Below, piece by piece: positions 13,101 to 25,448 of a stretch of 64,000 nt of DNA; within the stretch, counting starts at the first letter, position 1, and each line of letters begins with the position of its first letter. Under the pieces are notes generated by a model. It saw only the letters and a program-made list of their open reading frames with translations, was not told where the DNA came from and made no database searches. The position numbers and the translations under genes are program-made. The DNA lies in the NCBI GenBank assembly GCA_051294375.1, contig CM119265.1, positions 9,060,772 through 9,124,771 on the forward strand, read 5' to 3'. The DNA comes from Paraspadella gotoi. Its lineage: Eukaryota > Animalia > Chaetognatha.

Positions 13101-16100
13101 ATACCTTGACTCTGATTCAGTCATATTAAATCGTAGCAAAGACATTAAAATTTCCCTTTTTTTTCCGGGATTTTCTGATTCGGTTTGTCACTTTCCAATC
13201 CTCGTCCCTCCCCCATCCCCTCACTTGGATTGGGCTGAATGACGGCCTCGACTCCGGCTGTTAACTTCTCCGTCCAGTTCTTCGTCCGATCGGCGCGACC
13301 CATCAGATCCTCGAACTGAAGGTCCAACTCCGTCTTCTCCGCGTGGCCGAACTTTTCCTCCGTGAACTGTAAGATCGAAAGGAGGGGGCGGAGAGGGGGG
13401 GGACAAGAGAATGGTTAGACACCAGATTGAGACTTAAGATGTAGCGGCGAACTTTATAACTTTAACTTTATAATGACAGTTATAATTGTTAAAAAAATCA
13501 TTAGAATTACGCCTAGCGATTTTGGAAAGAGGATATATACTTAGTTGTATACAAATTTGGATGGGGCTTAAGTTTCGCGGCCTTATTTTCGTGAAATACA
13601 AACACGGCGCTTAAAAATGAAAAGAAACCAAAGCTTAAGTCCCGTTTTTATTTCAGATGACGAAGGCATGAAAAATAACTGAAGTCTACCACTACGTGTA
13701 GGTAACAAGTATATAAAACGCACTGTTCTTAACGATCCCCCTACCAGTTCAAATCTCCATAGGAACGGAAACAACATAAAAGCGAAGGTTTTTCATTATT
13801 TCTGTTTATTTTCGTGGAAGAGAACTCGTAAAAACTGAGTCCGCGGAGACCGAATGAAGCTTTATTCTAAAGCTTTTATATTTCAGAGTTTCATCCGGTG
13901 AAGAAGCAGGAATAAAAACTGAGGAGCTTTCAACCATTCTGGAAGAAAAAGCGGTAGACTTAACGGAGTAAAAACAAACTCACTATTTAACACATAACAA
14001 TCAGTACTATTTATGAATTATTAACATTATTCTCTGGTTTACATGTACTACTACTAGTACCCATTACCCGAGTATATTTTTGACTTGTGTGAAGTGTACC
14101 TCTCTCACTCTCTCTCTCGCTCTCTCTCTCTCTCTTTTTCCGTCCTACAACCAAATATCTTCCTCCCCGTGCTTCTCGCGATTCGCCCGATCACGCGATT
14201 CGCGAATGACACGTGATCGAGGAAACGCACCGGGAATGACGTCATCGATTCCGCGCTCAAAACGACCGGCGTTGCCATGACTACCAACTCGCGACGTCGA
14301 AATCACCGTCTTTACATCCGAGCGCGAGGACTGAAGCCCAATTAAAAGCCTAGCTCCAGTCAAAAATTCCACGACCGTTTAGAAAGGATGATTCTGCGAA
14401 TGTACGGGCGTCGCTTCATAGTTGGTGGAGGTTAATTTACCGCCACCCTCTATCAACCGCTCCCGCCACAACCCTTCCCCTATCAATTGATGCTTGAAGA
14501 CGAAATCTCTTGGTTCGCCTCCCGCGCTTAAAAAAGCGAGGAGCGAGCCAAGAAACGTCGGGGTATTTATCGTCATTGCGTTCGTTTAAGTCGTTATGTA
14601 CAATTGTACATACGTTGTTGGGTTCGACGCTGTTTTCGTCGTCGATGGTGCTATTTTTATCGTCGCTCGGTTCGTCCCAAGTTCGACGTTTTCCTCGTCG
14701 CGTTCGTCGTCGTCGTCGTGGTAGATCTTCGTCATTAATCACGCCGGGGTCTTGTCTTGGCTTCAGAGGAGAGAGGGGTGCCCGGTTGTTTTCACTTTTG
14801 CAGAGAATCGGAATTTGAGAAAACTTTGACAAGACTGGTCAATTTTATCATAATCGCTATTTTCAGAGAGTATTAAAAATAAAAAATAACAAATTATGGC
14901 AACGGGAGGATAGCCTGTGATACCCGGGGCGCAGGGTATGTCACCAACTGGCGTAGGGGCTGCGGACCCTCAGTGACCGCCTCCTGTCACTGGCATGTTT
15001 ATACCGGCACCGTCACATTTAAGACAGAACCGAGATACCCGGGGATTGAACCCGGGACGCACGGATGGAATGAGATGATTTAGCCTGCTCAGCCATTGAG
15101 ACGAGGCTGAGGACAGACAGCAGTGAGGCAGCTTTAAGTCTTGCTGCCACAAAATCCTATTAATATTGAACAAGATAAATTTGAGATAAGTTTTATAAGA
15201 CGCTATCATTACAGACGACAAACTGAGGTTGGAGCGCCAATAAGAATAGCTGACACAGCATTCAAATTTGGCATCAACAAAATATCAAATCTTATTGAAT
15301 TGCTTAAGCTTCATGATTAATTAACGCCTTGGATTTTTTACTAAATTATTATTGCGATAAAATATTTTAAATAATAAATCTTTTGTTTTCATGCAACTTT
15401 TAAAAATTTTTTGACTTTTTCTAAAGAAATAAACTATAACGGGTGGAAGAAATCTAAATGACGCTTTAATTATGTAGACTAACAATAAAAAAATATTATC
15501 TGCACAAATTTATAAAATTTATAAATTTCAAAACTGAGCAAACCGACAACATTTATGAGGAAGTCGCTTACACCCCGCATATTGATGACAGGATCGTCTT
15601 AAATCCTAAAAATCTATTATCCAAGCTCAAACAGTAAATCCACCTGGCAGTCGTGGCACCTACTCGAGTTTTTCGTTCCTTAATAAGCTAGTAAGACTTT
15701 CATTTTTTTAAAAATTTTCCAATTTTAGCATTATAGTACAATTATTTTACAACAATTACTGTTCAAAAACATTTTGTTGTATATATCAACATATATTGGA
15801 AATTAAAAAACTATTTCTCTGATACAAAATTATCACTTAAAATATACTTAAATTATTAAAAAATAAAAACGGAATTAGTAGTCGCATTGGTGAATGGTAT
15901 TTTACACTAATTTAGACAATATTGAGAATTCAATAAACGTACGTGTCGTTAAACTTTGTTAAGCTTCGATATTTGTATCATTCTTCATCTATCTTTGCAG
16001 GATAGAGGCTCACCCTATCGCCATGGCCTTTCTCCCAACCATCAAATCACTAGTTTTGTGTATTGTGGCAGCAAGACTTAAAGCTGCCTCACTGCTGTCC

Positions 16101-17816
16101 GTCCTCAGCCTCATCTCAATGGCTGAGCAGGCTAAATCATCTCATTCCATCCGTGCGTCCCGGGTTCAATCCCTGGGTATCCCGGTTCTGGCTTAAATGT
16201 GACGGTGCCGGTATAAACATGCCAGTGACAGGAGGCGGTCACTGAGGGTCCGCAGCCCCTACGCCAGTTGGTGAGATACCCCGCGCCCCGGGTATCACAG
16301 GCTATCCTCCCGTTGCCATAGTATTACCTTTTAGTCTGTACTAATCTTTTCAGAATTGTTTCTGAAGCAAATTCTGCAATGAATTTTTTTACTTAAGGTT
16401 TCTTATTATCAATGACAAAAACTATATCATAATAATAAGGAAAAAAATGTATATAAGATTGTCAACAACTTTGAATTTAATAGCCTAAAAATAGCAAAAA
16501 CTAGGTTGGAACGTCAATTCTAATAATCCTACCTACATATAGTTGTTGTGCTGTTCATTTGTTCATAGTTTAAGTAACATGCTACTTAAGATAATTAAGT
16601 TATTGGAATTTCTATAATGTATCTGCTGGTGTGGCACATGCCACTAAACACCTCATTATCATTCAAAGGCCCCGAGATTGAATCTCGCTCATGAGTCTTT
16701 TGTTTATAATTCATTTAATTAATATTTCATTGAGAAGTTCCATATTTACAAATTAAAGATAAAGTTAACTGTCACATAATTAGCTACTCGCCCTGATGGC
16801 TGGATCCTGACTGGTTAGTTCAGGGTTCCAGCCAGTATTACCTACCTATATACCAGAGAAATTATTCTCGTCGTTCACCTAAGCCAAACTAAAACGATAG
16901 GTCAATAATATGTGTCAGGTAATATCTAATGATAATAAAATAAAATGTATTTTGATGCTAGTGCGGAGTACAATAAATATTCCCCGATCTAATACTTAAA
17001 GGAGTGGTCTTTTCATACAATTGAAACATTCTTTGAAATATTATACCACTTCATTGAAAGGGAAGCAAGGTACTCTGGGAGTAAATAAACGAGACTGTGA
17101 GAGAGTCTTGATTGAAAGCTTGCAGGAACTTGCTATGTCATTATCTTGTAAGAGTGATGGAGGCCTTAAACCACCAAAGCCTGTCCAAAGTTAGGGGCAA
17201 GATAGCTTATTTATTAAATGAATGGATAATTTTTATATTGGTTGTACCAATTTCATAATAAGATAATCATAATAATAATAATCATATAATAACTTGGTGG
17301 GCATTGTTAGAACTGAAATGGCAACGCCCGGAACGTACGAGAACAAGCATGAACAAGAATCACCCTCACAGAAAGTGAAGAAAAAGAGGAAGCTTCACGC
17401 ACGGACCATAATGAGGGGGGAGAGTGGGAAAAGGAGGGTATTGGGGGGACTAATTTTGGAGCGGAAATTCGAAAGCGAGGCGTCACAACCGCCTGACGTC
17501 GGCGACGCTTCCATCAGGCATCGCATTGGATTATTTAAGAAATGGCGGCAGAGGAAGATCGAGCGACGACGACGACGAAGTATGAGGGCGTCGGCCCCAT
17601 AGCTTACATCAAATATCGAGCTATATTGGAAAAAAGACTTGAGATCCTTTTTTTATTTGGAGCTCCTCTCTCTTTTTTTATATACTTTTTACTCGTTTTT
17701 TAGCTTAAAAATTATTTTTCTTTTTTTTTGCTCCCAGTTCGAAAAGAATTTTTAAAAAGAAAAAATATTAAAGATGGGACGAAAAAAAGTAAAACAGAGA
17801 AAAGAAAAGAACACAC

Positions 17817-17914
<98 letters not shown>

Positions 17915-20900
17915 CTTGAGACTAGACCGATGGAAATGAAAGCGAAAGCCGGACGAACGAGTCTCTGGAGCGGAAGCGGTGGGAGTGAAAAAGACGAAGG
18001 AACCCAGTTTTGGTGGTCATTATTAATACATTTACTAAAGTAAGTTTAGATAAAAATTGCATAATATAAGATAAGAGAGAGTTAAAAATAGAAAATAAGA
18101 AAAAAGGCGTGTGACGACGTGACTTTGATGCATTTAGAAAAAAAAAGCGCGAAAGTCAAAACCTAATAAAATGAGAGCGAATGATTATTATTCCAACGAC
18201 GCCGATCATGGGCTCAACAAAGATTGTGTGAGGCGATCGTAATCGTTAGTGAAAACGTGTTACCGGTGAGAGCCTCACAGCGGGAAAAGATAACGCGGTG
18301 AGAAATCGTGAGGCCGAGAGAGAAATATGCGACGGTGAGCGAGACGCTGCGGGTAAACTGAGCCGTGAAAGGGAAAACTCGTTTCCGAAGACAAAGGAGG
18401 AAAGAAAAGAAAAAAGACGGAAAGACGGCGGGAAAAGAGGAAAAAAGTAGAGGAAATGAGGAGGTAGAAAATGGAGGAAAGAAAGGTGGCGGGAAAAGAG
18501 AAGAAGTGGGGGAAAGATGGCGAGAAAAGAGGAAGTGGGAAGTGGGAAATGAATAGATGGGAAAGAAAAGATTGCAGGAAAAGAGAGAATGTGGAAGAGC
18601 AATAGCAGGAAGAAATGGAGGAAAGGTGACGGGGAAAAAAAAGGAAAGTGGAGGAAATAAAATAAAATAAGAGTTCGAATTGAGAAGTGAGAAGAAATCC
18701 ATCGTAAAGAGAAAAAGGGAGCGAGGAAGAAAAAAAGCGACATTTATTAAGGGAAGAAGGGCGGAATGAAATAGGATGTAAGAAATAGTGATAAGAAGTC
18801 CAGAGTAGAATTTTCCAAGAAGACTGTACAATACATAATTTTGCTCGTATTGTGAAGCTAAGCTCGGTGATTTTTACAGAATACACTGAATTTTTGGTTA
18901 AATTTGCTTCCGAAACTTTTAATCTTTTACCCTCGTTAAGTATCCGAGTTGAAATATGATGGTAATTCTCATTCGAGGCCATACTAAGTTTTAAGACGGC
19001 AATGAAATAAGATTAACGGTTAATGAGGCTTCAATCTAACGCTATCAAAAAACTCTTTAAAAATCAATCGGAAGTTGCAACATACTAATTACGCCTATAA
19101 AGAACACCGGGCATAAAGCCGTTAATCAAGAAAAGGGGGAGAAGTCACGATGGATGGAAAAAATACAGAGAGGAGACGAAAAAGATAGGCATAGGGAGAG
19201 AGCTTGCAACTCTTTTATCAGTCTGCAATTTGACAAGAATTCTGGCCGAGACAAACGAAAGTCTATTACGAAACCATTTTCTCCTAAGCCAATGACCCGA
19301 AAATCTGACAACCGCATATCACAAAAACGAGTTGGGAAATGACAAGTAAATCTTCCCTAAGAGACAAAAGATGCTTTCCCCCCCCCTTTGTTTGGAGGTT
19401 GGTTTCTAAACGAGAAGTTTTATGCCGAAGTAGATAGTGAACTCGATACTGCGATACTCTAGCAGCGAAGACGGGAAATGTCACGACGTCAACGAGATAT
19501 TATGTTGTCGACGTCGCGTCATAGAACTCGAAAATCAATAAATATCTTAAAATATGTCGGACAAAAATCGATATAATTTCTTTTTTTCTTTTGACGTATG
19601 AATAGATATAACAAATAATATAACAAATAATATAACAAACTACAAATAAAGCACAAAGCAAAAAAAGGATCAAGCAGCAAAAGGCTACCGAAGTCCCGCG
19701 GAGATTGAAACTGCGCAAGAGTGAGAAATAAAACTCGACGAGAACATTCCTGAGGCGCTTGATTGAAAAAAAAAAATTGTGTGGCGAAAGAAAAAAACTC
19801 TCGGGACTGCGAAAGCGAGAGCACCGAGATCAAATTAAAAGGGATTCTCCAAAAGACAAAGGAATTACTAGATTTAAATGAAAAAGAAATTGTTGAAAAA
19901 GTATAAATGAAAATTCAATGTAATGAAAAAAAAAGGCAATTAATTATCGAATAAAATAACTAGATGTAAGATATAAAAAATGAGAGGTATAAATTATAAA
20001 TATAATGAAAAAAGGAAAAGATGTATATAAATTAGAAAAATTAAATATGGAAACGAAAAATTGTAATAAAATAAAATAAAACCTAAAAACGAAAGAGAAA
20101 ATAAGCGCTAAAGTGGGAGACCGGAAACGGCAGGTCGAGCCACTCAGACGGCATGAAATGGCCAAAACCCAAGAGACGGAGAGAGAGAGAGAGCGAGAGA
20201 CAGATAGAGACCGAGAGACCCAGACAGACTTAGAGTGACATCGAAAAGGAAAAGGTCGCGGGGAAAATCTGCGCCAATCGGTCGAGCGGGAAAAGGCGAT
20301 GGTGAGGGTGAGTTTAAAGTCACTGCCCACGACCTCACTTAAAGTACGAGAGAAGCGAGTGGAGAAAACGCGATTTGGGTCAACGTTAAAAGGGTTTGGA
20401 CGCTGTCGGCGAATGAGGGCCTTGTTGAAAGTCTGCGCCTTAATCCAATGGTTGATATGAAGACTCGCAGTGAATCAAAAGGATAACAAAGGGGGCGTGG
20501 AATGAAGGAAGGGCTAAGGGCTAAGGAGATCGGAACAAAAGAGATTTGAGGTCATCGCCAGGTTGAAAAAGTGAAAGGTCTATAAAATTTTAAAAAATGG
20601 AAGTGGCAAATACAATTGAAGAGTCGAAAAAATGGAAATGGAAAGGTCATAAAGAAAAGTATAAGCAGAACAAAAAAAAAATATACAGACCGGAAGGGCT
20701 AATATGGAATGAAATATCGGAAAGAGGTCAAGACTTAAGATTGTAAAGAACTTAACTGACCAAACAAATTGGAAGGGTAAAACGGGAATGGAAGGGTCAA
20801 AGAAAATAAAAGGGTCAGAAGGAACACGAGGGCGAGAAAGAAAGGGAGGGTTAAGATGGCGAAAAGAGCCCTACGGACAGAATTCCAAATTCGCCAAAAA

Positions 20901-21635
20901 AAAAATCCCCTTCAAGAGAAAAGAAAATAGAATTTAGTCTCTGTTCGATTTTCCTCGCAATTTATTCGACGTCATTGTGACCCATTTATATATCGACGCC
21001 AAGAACTGAAAAAAAAAGCGACGAATTGAATTTCCCTCGTCACTTCGTTTGTGGATTGAAGTGAAGTGAAGTGGAGAGGATTGGAGTGAAGTGATGCAGT
21101 AGTAGTGGAGTGGATTAGAGATGCAGTGAATTGATGGGAGTGGTGTTGAGTGAGGTGATAAAGGAGTGGAGTGGATAATTTTGTGGAGTGCTGTTGTGTC
21201 CGGATGATAAAAATTGCTACAAGTCCACTTCACTCCGAAACATGGCGAAATGCAAACGGGAGAATTGTTTATTTACGGCCAACCGCGCTCTGAGGACGAG
21301 CGGGACCGGCGACTGGCGAAATGAGATTAACCGAGAGAAGAAAGACGAAACGAGCAAGTCACGTGATCAATTCGCTTGTTTCTAGATGGTCGTCTTCTCT
21401 TTCTTTCAAATGCAGTGTTGAAATGGCTAATGGAAAAAATGTATATACCTTCAATTGTTGATAAATGCTTATAAATTGCATTTGTTTATGACGGTTGCCA
21501 AGTTACAAACCCGCTTTCACGACCATCGTCTCATCACGCGCCTCCAGACTTTTGTGCACACGCCTTTAAACTCGGTCTCTCTAGTAGCGAGAGAGTCCCT
21601 CGCTCACGCGACATCGACCCACGTTAAAGCTTAAT

Positions 21636-21690
<55 letters not shown>

Positions 21691-23266
21691 CTCTCATAAC
21701 CGCCTCAAGGCTCACGCGTCATTGTCCCGATTTTCGCCGCCATCTTTTTTTCCTGAGTCGTCACTTTCTCTTTAGCATCGAAAGGGAAAAAAGAAATAAG
21801 AGTGATCTTGGTCTGTCAGTCGTTGATTCTTACTTTCACCGTCAAACAGACATTAATATTAAGAAACACCGGCCGGGATATTAATAATAGATCTCAAACA
21901 GCTCCAAAACAGAGAAGAAAAAATCGATCAAAATGAGGCACAAACGGCGATGCCACGCCCACGTCGCCCACTCGGCAATTCGAAGGTGAATGACGGTCAT
22001 TTTTGTGATGGTCATTGAAGAGAATACTCGATGAGTGGCGCGGATATGTTGGTTTCGAGGCATTTAAAAAAAAAGTATTAATGGTCGGTTAACTTGATAT
22101 CAATCAGTATTAACGGAAAAATTAGCCCTAATATGTTAAAGTGAATGGCATTTTAGAAATATATCGATTATAACTTTTATAAAGCGATAATACAAAATTC
22201 TTTTCTATTTCCGGAACGAAAAGAAACGACGAGAGCCACAACGACGCCCGGCACGCCCACCCGTGTCAGTTAGACCCGCGAAGAGGCGGACGGAGGAAGG
22301 AAAGGTGAGGAAAGGTGAGGCGAGTGAGATTCTCTGAATCGGAACGGAGAAGGAAAGGTCAAGTTTGGATCGGAGATGTCGAAGGTAAGGAGAGAGAAAA
22401 AAGGAAAGGGCAGGAAATAAAGGGTGGAAAGCGAAAGACGGAAAAGAAAAGGGGGGAAAAAAAGAATAATCGGCCGGAATTATGGATTAAGAAGGCGCGA
22501 GAGAGAGAGAGAGAGAGCGAAAAGGAAAAAAAAAACGAAAAAAACTAAAAAACAAAGAAAGAAAAACGAGACGCGCGTGGATTGGGAAGGAAACCAGGAG
22601 GTAAGAGGATGACGAATGGCCGAGGAACAAAGGAAAGTGGAGGAAAGGGAAAAACCAACGAGACTGGATTAACGATGAGTTGTAGAGAACGGAACAAAAT
22701 TGGAAAATATATCTAATATTATTTAATATAATATAATATGTATGGGTCCTGTCAGAGGAGCGGTTACCCCAGAAGTGTCTTGCTTTGCGAACACAGAGGG
22801 AAGTCGTGAGGACTGTGGATGGAACGCAACGCCTGGGATGGTGCGGTCCCCCTGTGAGTCAATGAGCTTGGCTGAACGTTGGTGGATATGAGGCGGTGTG
22901 AATATACCGTCACAATATACTATTATAATGGACTAAATATAGGTAATATGAAGGGAATTCACGGAGAAAATTGATTCTCGGGAAACTTATGCGAGAGATT
23001 TTTGAGTAAAACTTCTGTGAAATTTGATTATGTATAGGACGCCGCGCCGCCATCGACGATGAAGACGAATCGGATAATTTGAACGCGACGGGGAAAATAT
23101 TTCGAGCGCCGTCATCCGGGGAGAACGATTCGCGATAAAAGCTTCGCGCGACTCAAGAATTATTAAAAACAAAAGGCGTCGAAAAAAGGAACTAATTTTT
23201 TTTTTAGTCGAAAAGCTATTGTGCTTATGGTGACATGAATAGGTTTTGTCGCGCGATTTCCTCTCT

Positions 23267-23321
<55 letters not shown>

Positions 23322-25448
23322 CCATACTTTTTTCGAATAATCATATTTTCATTTTTTTGAAAACAACCAAGTGAGAAAAACTTGATTGTATATCTATTAT
23401 CGGGTGAAAAAGTAAAGTGAAAATTATTAGCGTGAAATAACATATAAACAAGAAAAATAAAAAAAGAAATTGTGAAAGTGAACATGATTTGAAGAATAAA
23501 ATATATTAAAAATAAATAAAACTTTACGTAAGTGAAAAAGAAAATTAAGAATCTAAATTTAAGGGAAAGAGGTAGAAAATGAGGAGAAAAGTGAGAGAAA
23601 ATAGAGATAAATTATGGAAAACGGTTGGGGGGGAAGGACATGGATAAAAAAAAGGGAAAAAAAGGTTTGGAAACGCGAAGGCGCGTGGGCGGATGATGGA
23701 GTACGGAATTCGCGGAGAAAAAACCGCGAAAATGGATCAAGACAAAATGGGACCGGAAATTGAAAAAGATTGGACACATCATTCCATACAATTTTATTAA
23801 ATTTTTTTTTATCTTGTCAGCGTTAATATGAGTTTTCTATAGTGAGACTATTTATTTTGGTCGTCGTTTTGACGATATTGTAATATTTATAACTGTAACT
23901 TTGAATTGTATTTGCGATTAATGTTATATAGATGATGACAATGGAGAAATAATAGAACAATTTTTATAATAATATATCGAGGAGTGCATCGCATAACTAC
24001 TGAAACGTTCACCTAATTTTCAAACAACTATGTATTAGACAACCCCCTTTAAGAAAAAGGGTCATTCAATTCAACTTCAAAATAGGCTAAAATGGAGTAC
24101 AAATTCAGAAAGCTGAGCTCCTGGCGATTCGAAAATGTATCCACTTTAAGCATTTGATGCATTCTACCCCATTTTATATCGGTTTTAATTATAATATAAA
24201 ATAAAAGAAACCTATCTGAGAGTTGCAGGTCAAACGAAAAAGGCCAATCCATCTGATATTTTTTATGAATTTTTTATTACTGAATTAGAAAAATGTATAG
24301 AGAGACATTTTTAAATTTCAACTTGTATCCTTGAAAATGAAACGTTTTTAAACTTTAACCCTGAATTCTTTCTAACTGCGAACGCTGTTTTCTCAATATG
24401 TCTCTCTATTTACATTTTTACAAATGTTTTTAAGATTGCTAATCAAATTTTTAATTCAATATTATTGCAGTCGTTTAGGCTGCAACTCTTCAAATTTCAG
24501 TGTAGATTCATTGTAGCTCGAATTTTCTTTACCATCTATTTAACTGAGATTTTGTTCATGACTGGAAAAACCAACAGAGTAACGAGATTAATTGTTTAAT
24601 TTCTCCCCTTTCTAAACTATCCCATTACCGCGTTTTAACTTCTTTACCTAGAATTTTTTTAAAAACCAGATTGGAAAAAACAAATCTTTAAAAAAATGTG
24701 CTTACCCATTTACTTAACAATTTTGTTATTTACCCATTTTTAAAAAAAATTATTTGAAAACGGAATGCTTTACATATAAATAAGAACTTATTTTTTTTGT
24801 GTATTACTGATGACTATAATTGTATTTCTCGATATATTAGCTCTAACACATCAATGATTACGTATTGTTTAGCTGAATGACCTTTCCTCTTAAACAAACG
24901 CAGTAGGTCATCCGCCTCATTGACGCCGACAAAAGTCAATTGGCTGCTAGAAACAAAAGACGGACGAGATAAGAAACGAGATCGTGGATCGAGGGTCAGA
25001 TCAGTTCGCGACCTCTAAAAAGCGCAAGATAAGTCAAGGAGGTTCGAATATTTAGATAAGATGAATCATGAAGTGAGTTAGGGTCAAATGGTTGCGATTT
25101 GAGACATTTTTTCTAATTTAAAGTTTTAAATCGTCTTATGAGAAATAAAGTTCGAGTATAATATCCCCAACTGAGCTTGAGGTTGGCAGCAAGAGGAACA
25201 CGTAAATCGCGCATTATTACGAACTAAGTTTTGTATGTGAGTAAAGTAGGTAAAATCGACATCATTAATATTTATCGTAAGGATTTTTACAAGACTAAAT
25301 CAATTTATCCGTCGTGATATTTTATAACAAAATCGTCCCGCTTCTAAATGACAGAAAGTCATATCTCGGCCGGAATGCTCACCTGTACGGCCCGGCTGAA
25401 GAGGGTGCCCGCCCCCGTCGCGAATTTTTTCATGTTGAAATTCTCCAT
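10083..25448 (-). CDS. SH3GLB1: Endophilin-B (SH3GLB1/2-like) N-BAR protein, first six coding exons; remaining BAR helix 3 and SH3 exons are not in the window
   Basis: GT-AG exons 25448-25383 (MENFNMKKFATGAGTLFSRAVQ), 13366-13225 (FTEEKFGHAEKTELDLQFEDLMGRADRTKNWTEKLTAGVEAVIQPNP), 12787-12659 (NARIEDMLYNKLEKKRPIRDTNLGYLGTSMVEAGNDFGPGTSY), 11783-11650 (GNSLIKIGQTELKLAQAEKEFATDSYNNFLQPLRNFLEGDMRTIM), 11371-11279 (KEKKMLMTKRLDLDACKSRLRRARQLEQQQG), 10118-10083 (TAGMNPEDNVGQ). Phases join in frame and the motifs match endophilin-B (FTEEK.G.AEKTELD, QPNP.AR, FGPGT.YG, PLRNF.EGD, KRLDLDA.K). Confidence 0.93.
12870..13092. repeat. Minisatellite, ~18-20-bp unit (taatttggtcaactggca-like), in endophilin-B intron 2
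   Basis: Repeated tttggtcaactgRcata units; a shorter degraded version lies at ~530-690. Confidence 0.8.
14895..15151 (-). mobile_element. 257-bp solo LTR-like element with tRNA-like A/B boxes
   Basis: Termini TGTGGCA...TGCCATA on the minus strand; 4-bp TSD AAAT (14891-14894 / 15152-15155); perfect T-arm CCGGG-TTCAATC-CCCGG. Confidence 0.8.
16064..16320 (+). mobile_element. 257-bp solo LTR-like element with tRNA-like A/B boxes
   Basis: Termini TGTGGCA...TGCCATA; 4-bp TSD GTAT (16060-16063 / 16321-16324); A box TGGCTGAGCAGG 16120-16131; B box GGTTCAATCCC 16163-16173; TATAAA at ~16212. Confidence 0.8.
17016..17257 (+). repeat. Dispersed ~240-bp repeat (transposon fragment, class unknown)
   Basis: High-identity inverted copy at ~34162-34401 and a duplicate at ~5055-5287; followed here by a (TAA/CAT)-rich tail. 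Confidence 0.75.
22739..22914 (-). mobile_element. Possible short solo-LTR-like insertion
   Basis: GC-balanced ~176-bp block in AT-rich flanks with TG...CA ends (tgtatgg...ccgtcaca). It shares TGGGATGGTGC with the 54-kb element; no exact TSD. Confidence 0.35.

Larger units (their letters stand above)
12312..21457 (+). repeat. Large direct duplication, copy 2
   Basis: Colinear with 1-9665; similarity ends at ...tgtatataccttcaattg (~21457). Confidence 0.95.

Noticed and set aside
16113-16185. tRNA gene
   Set aside because: A/B boxes and a T-arm are present but there is no acceptor stem or clear anticodon arm, and it is embedded in a repeated LTR-like unit.
16215-16300. Self-cleaving ribozyme in the LTR
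   Set aside because: Hairpins are present but I could not find a hammerhead CUGANGA/GAAA core or an HDV-like pseudoknot.
14895-16320. Single 1.4-kb DNA transposon with 257-bp terminal inverted repeats
   Set aside because: Each repeat has its own different 4-bp TSD, and the outer flanks (AAAT vs GTAT) do not match.
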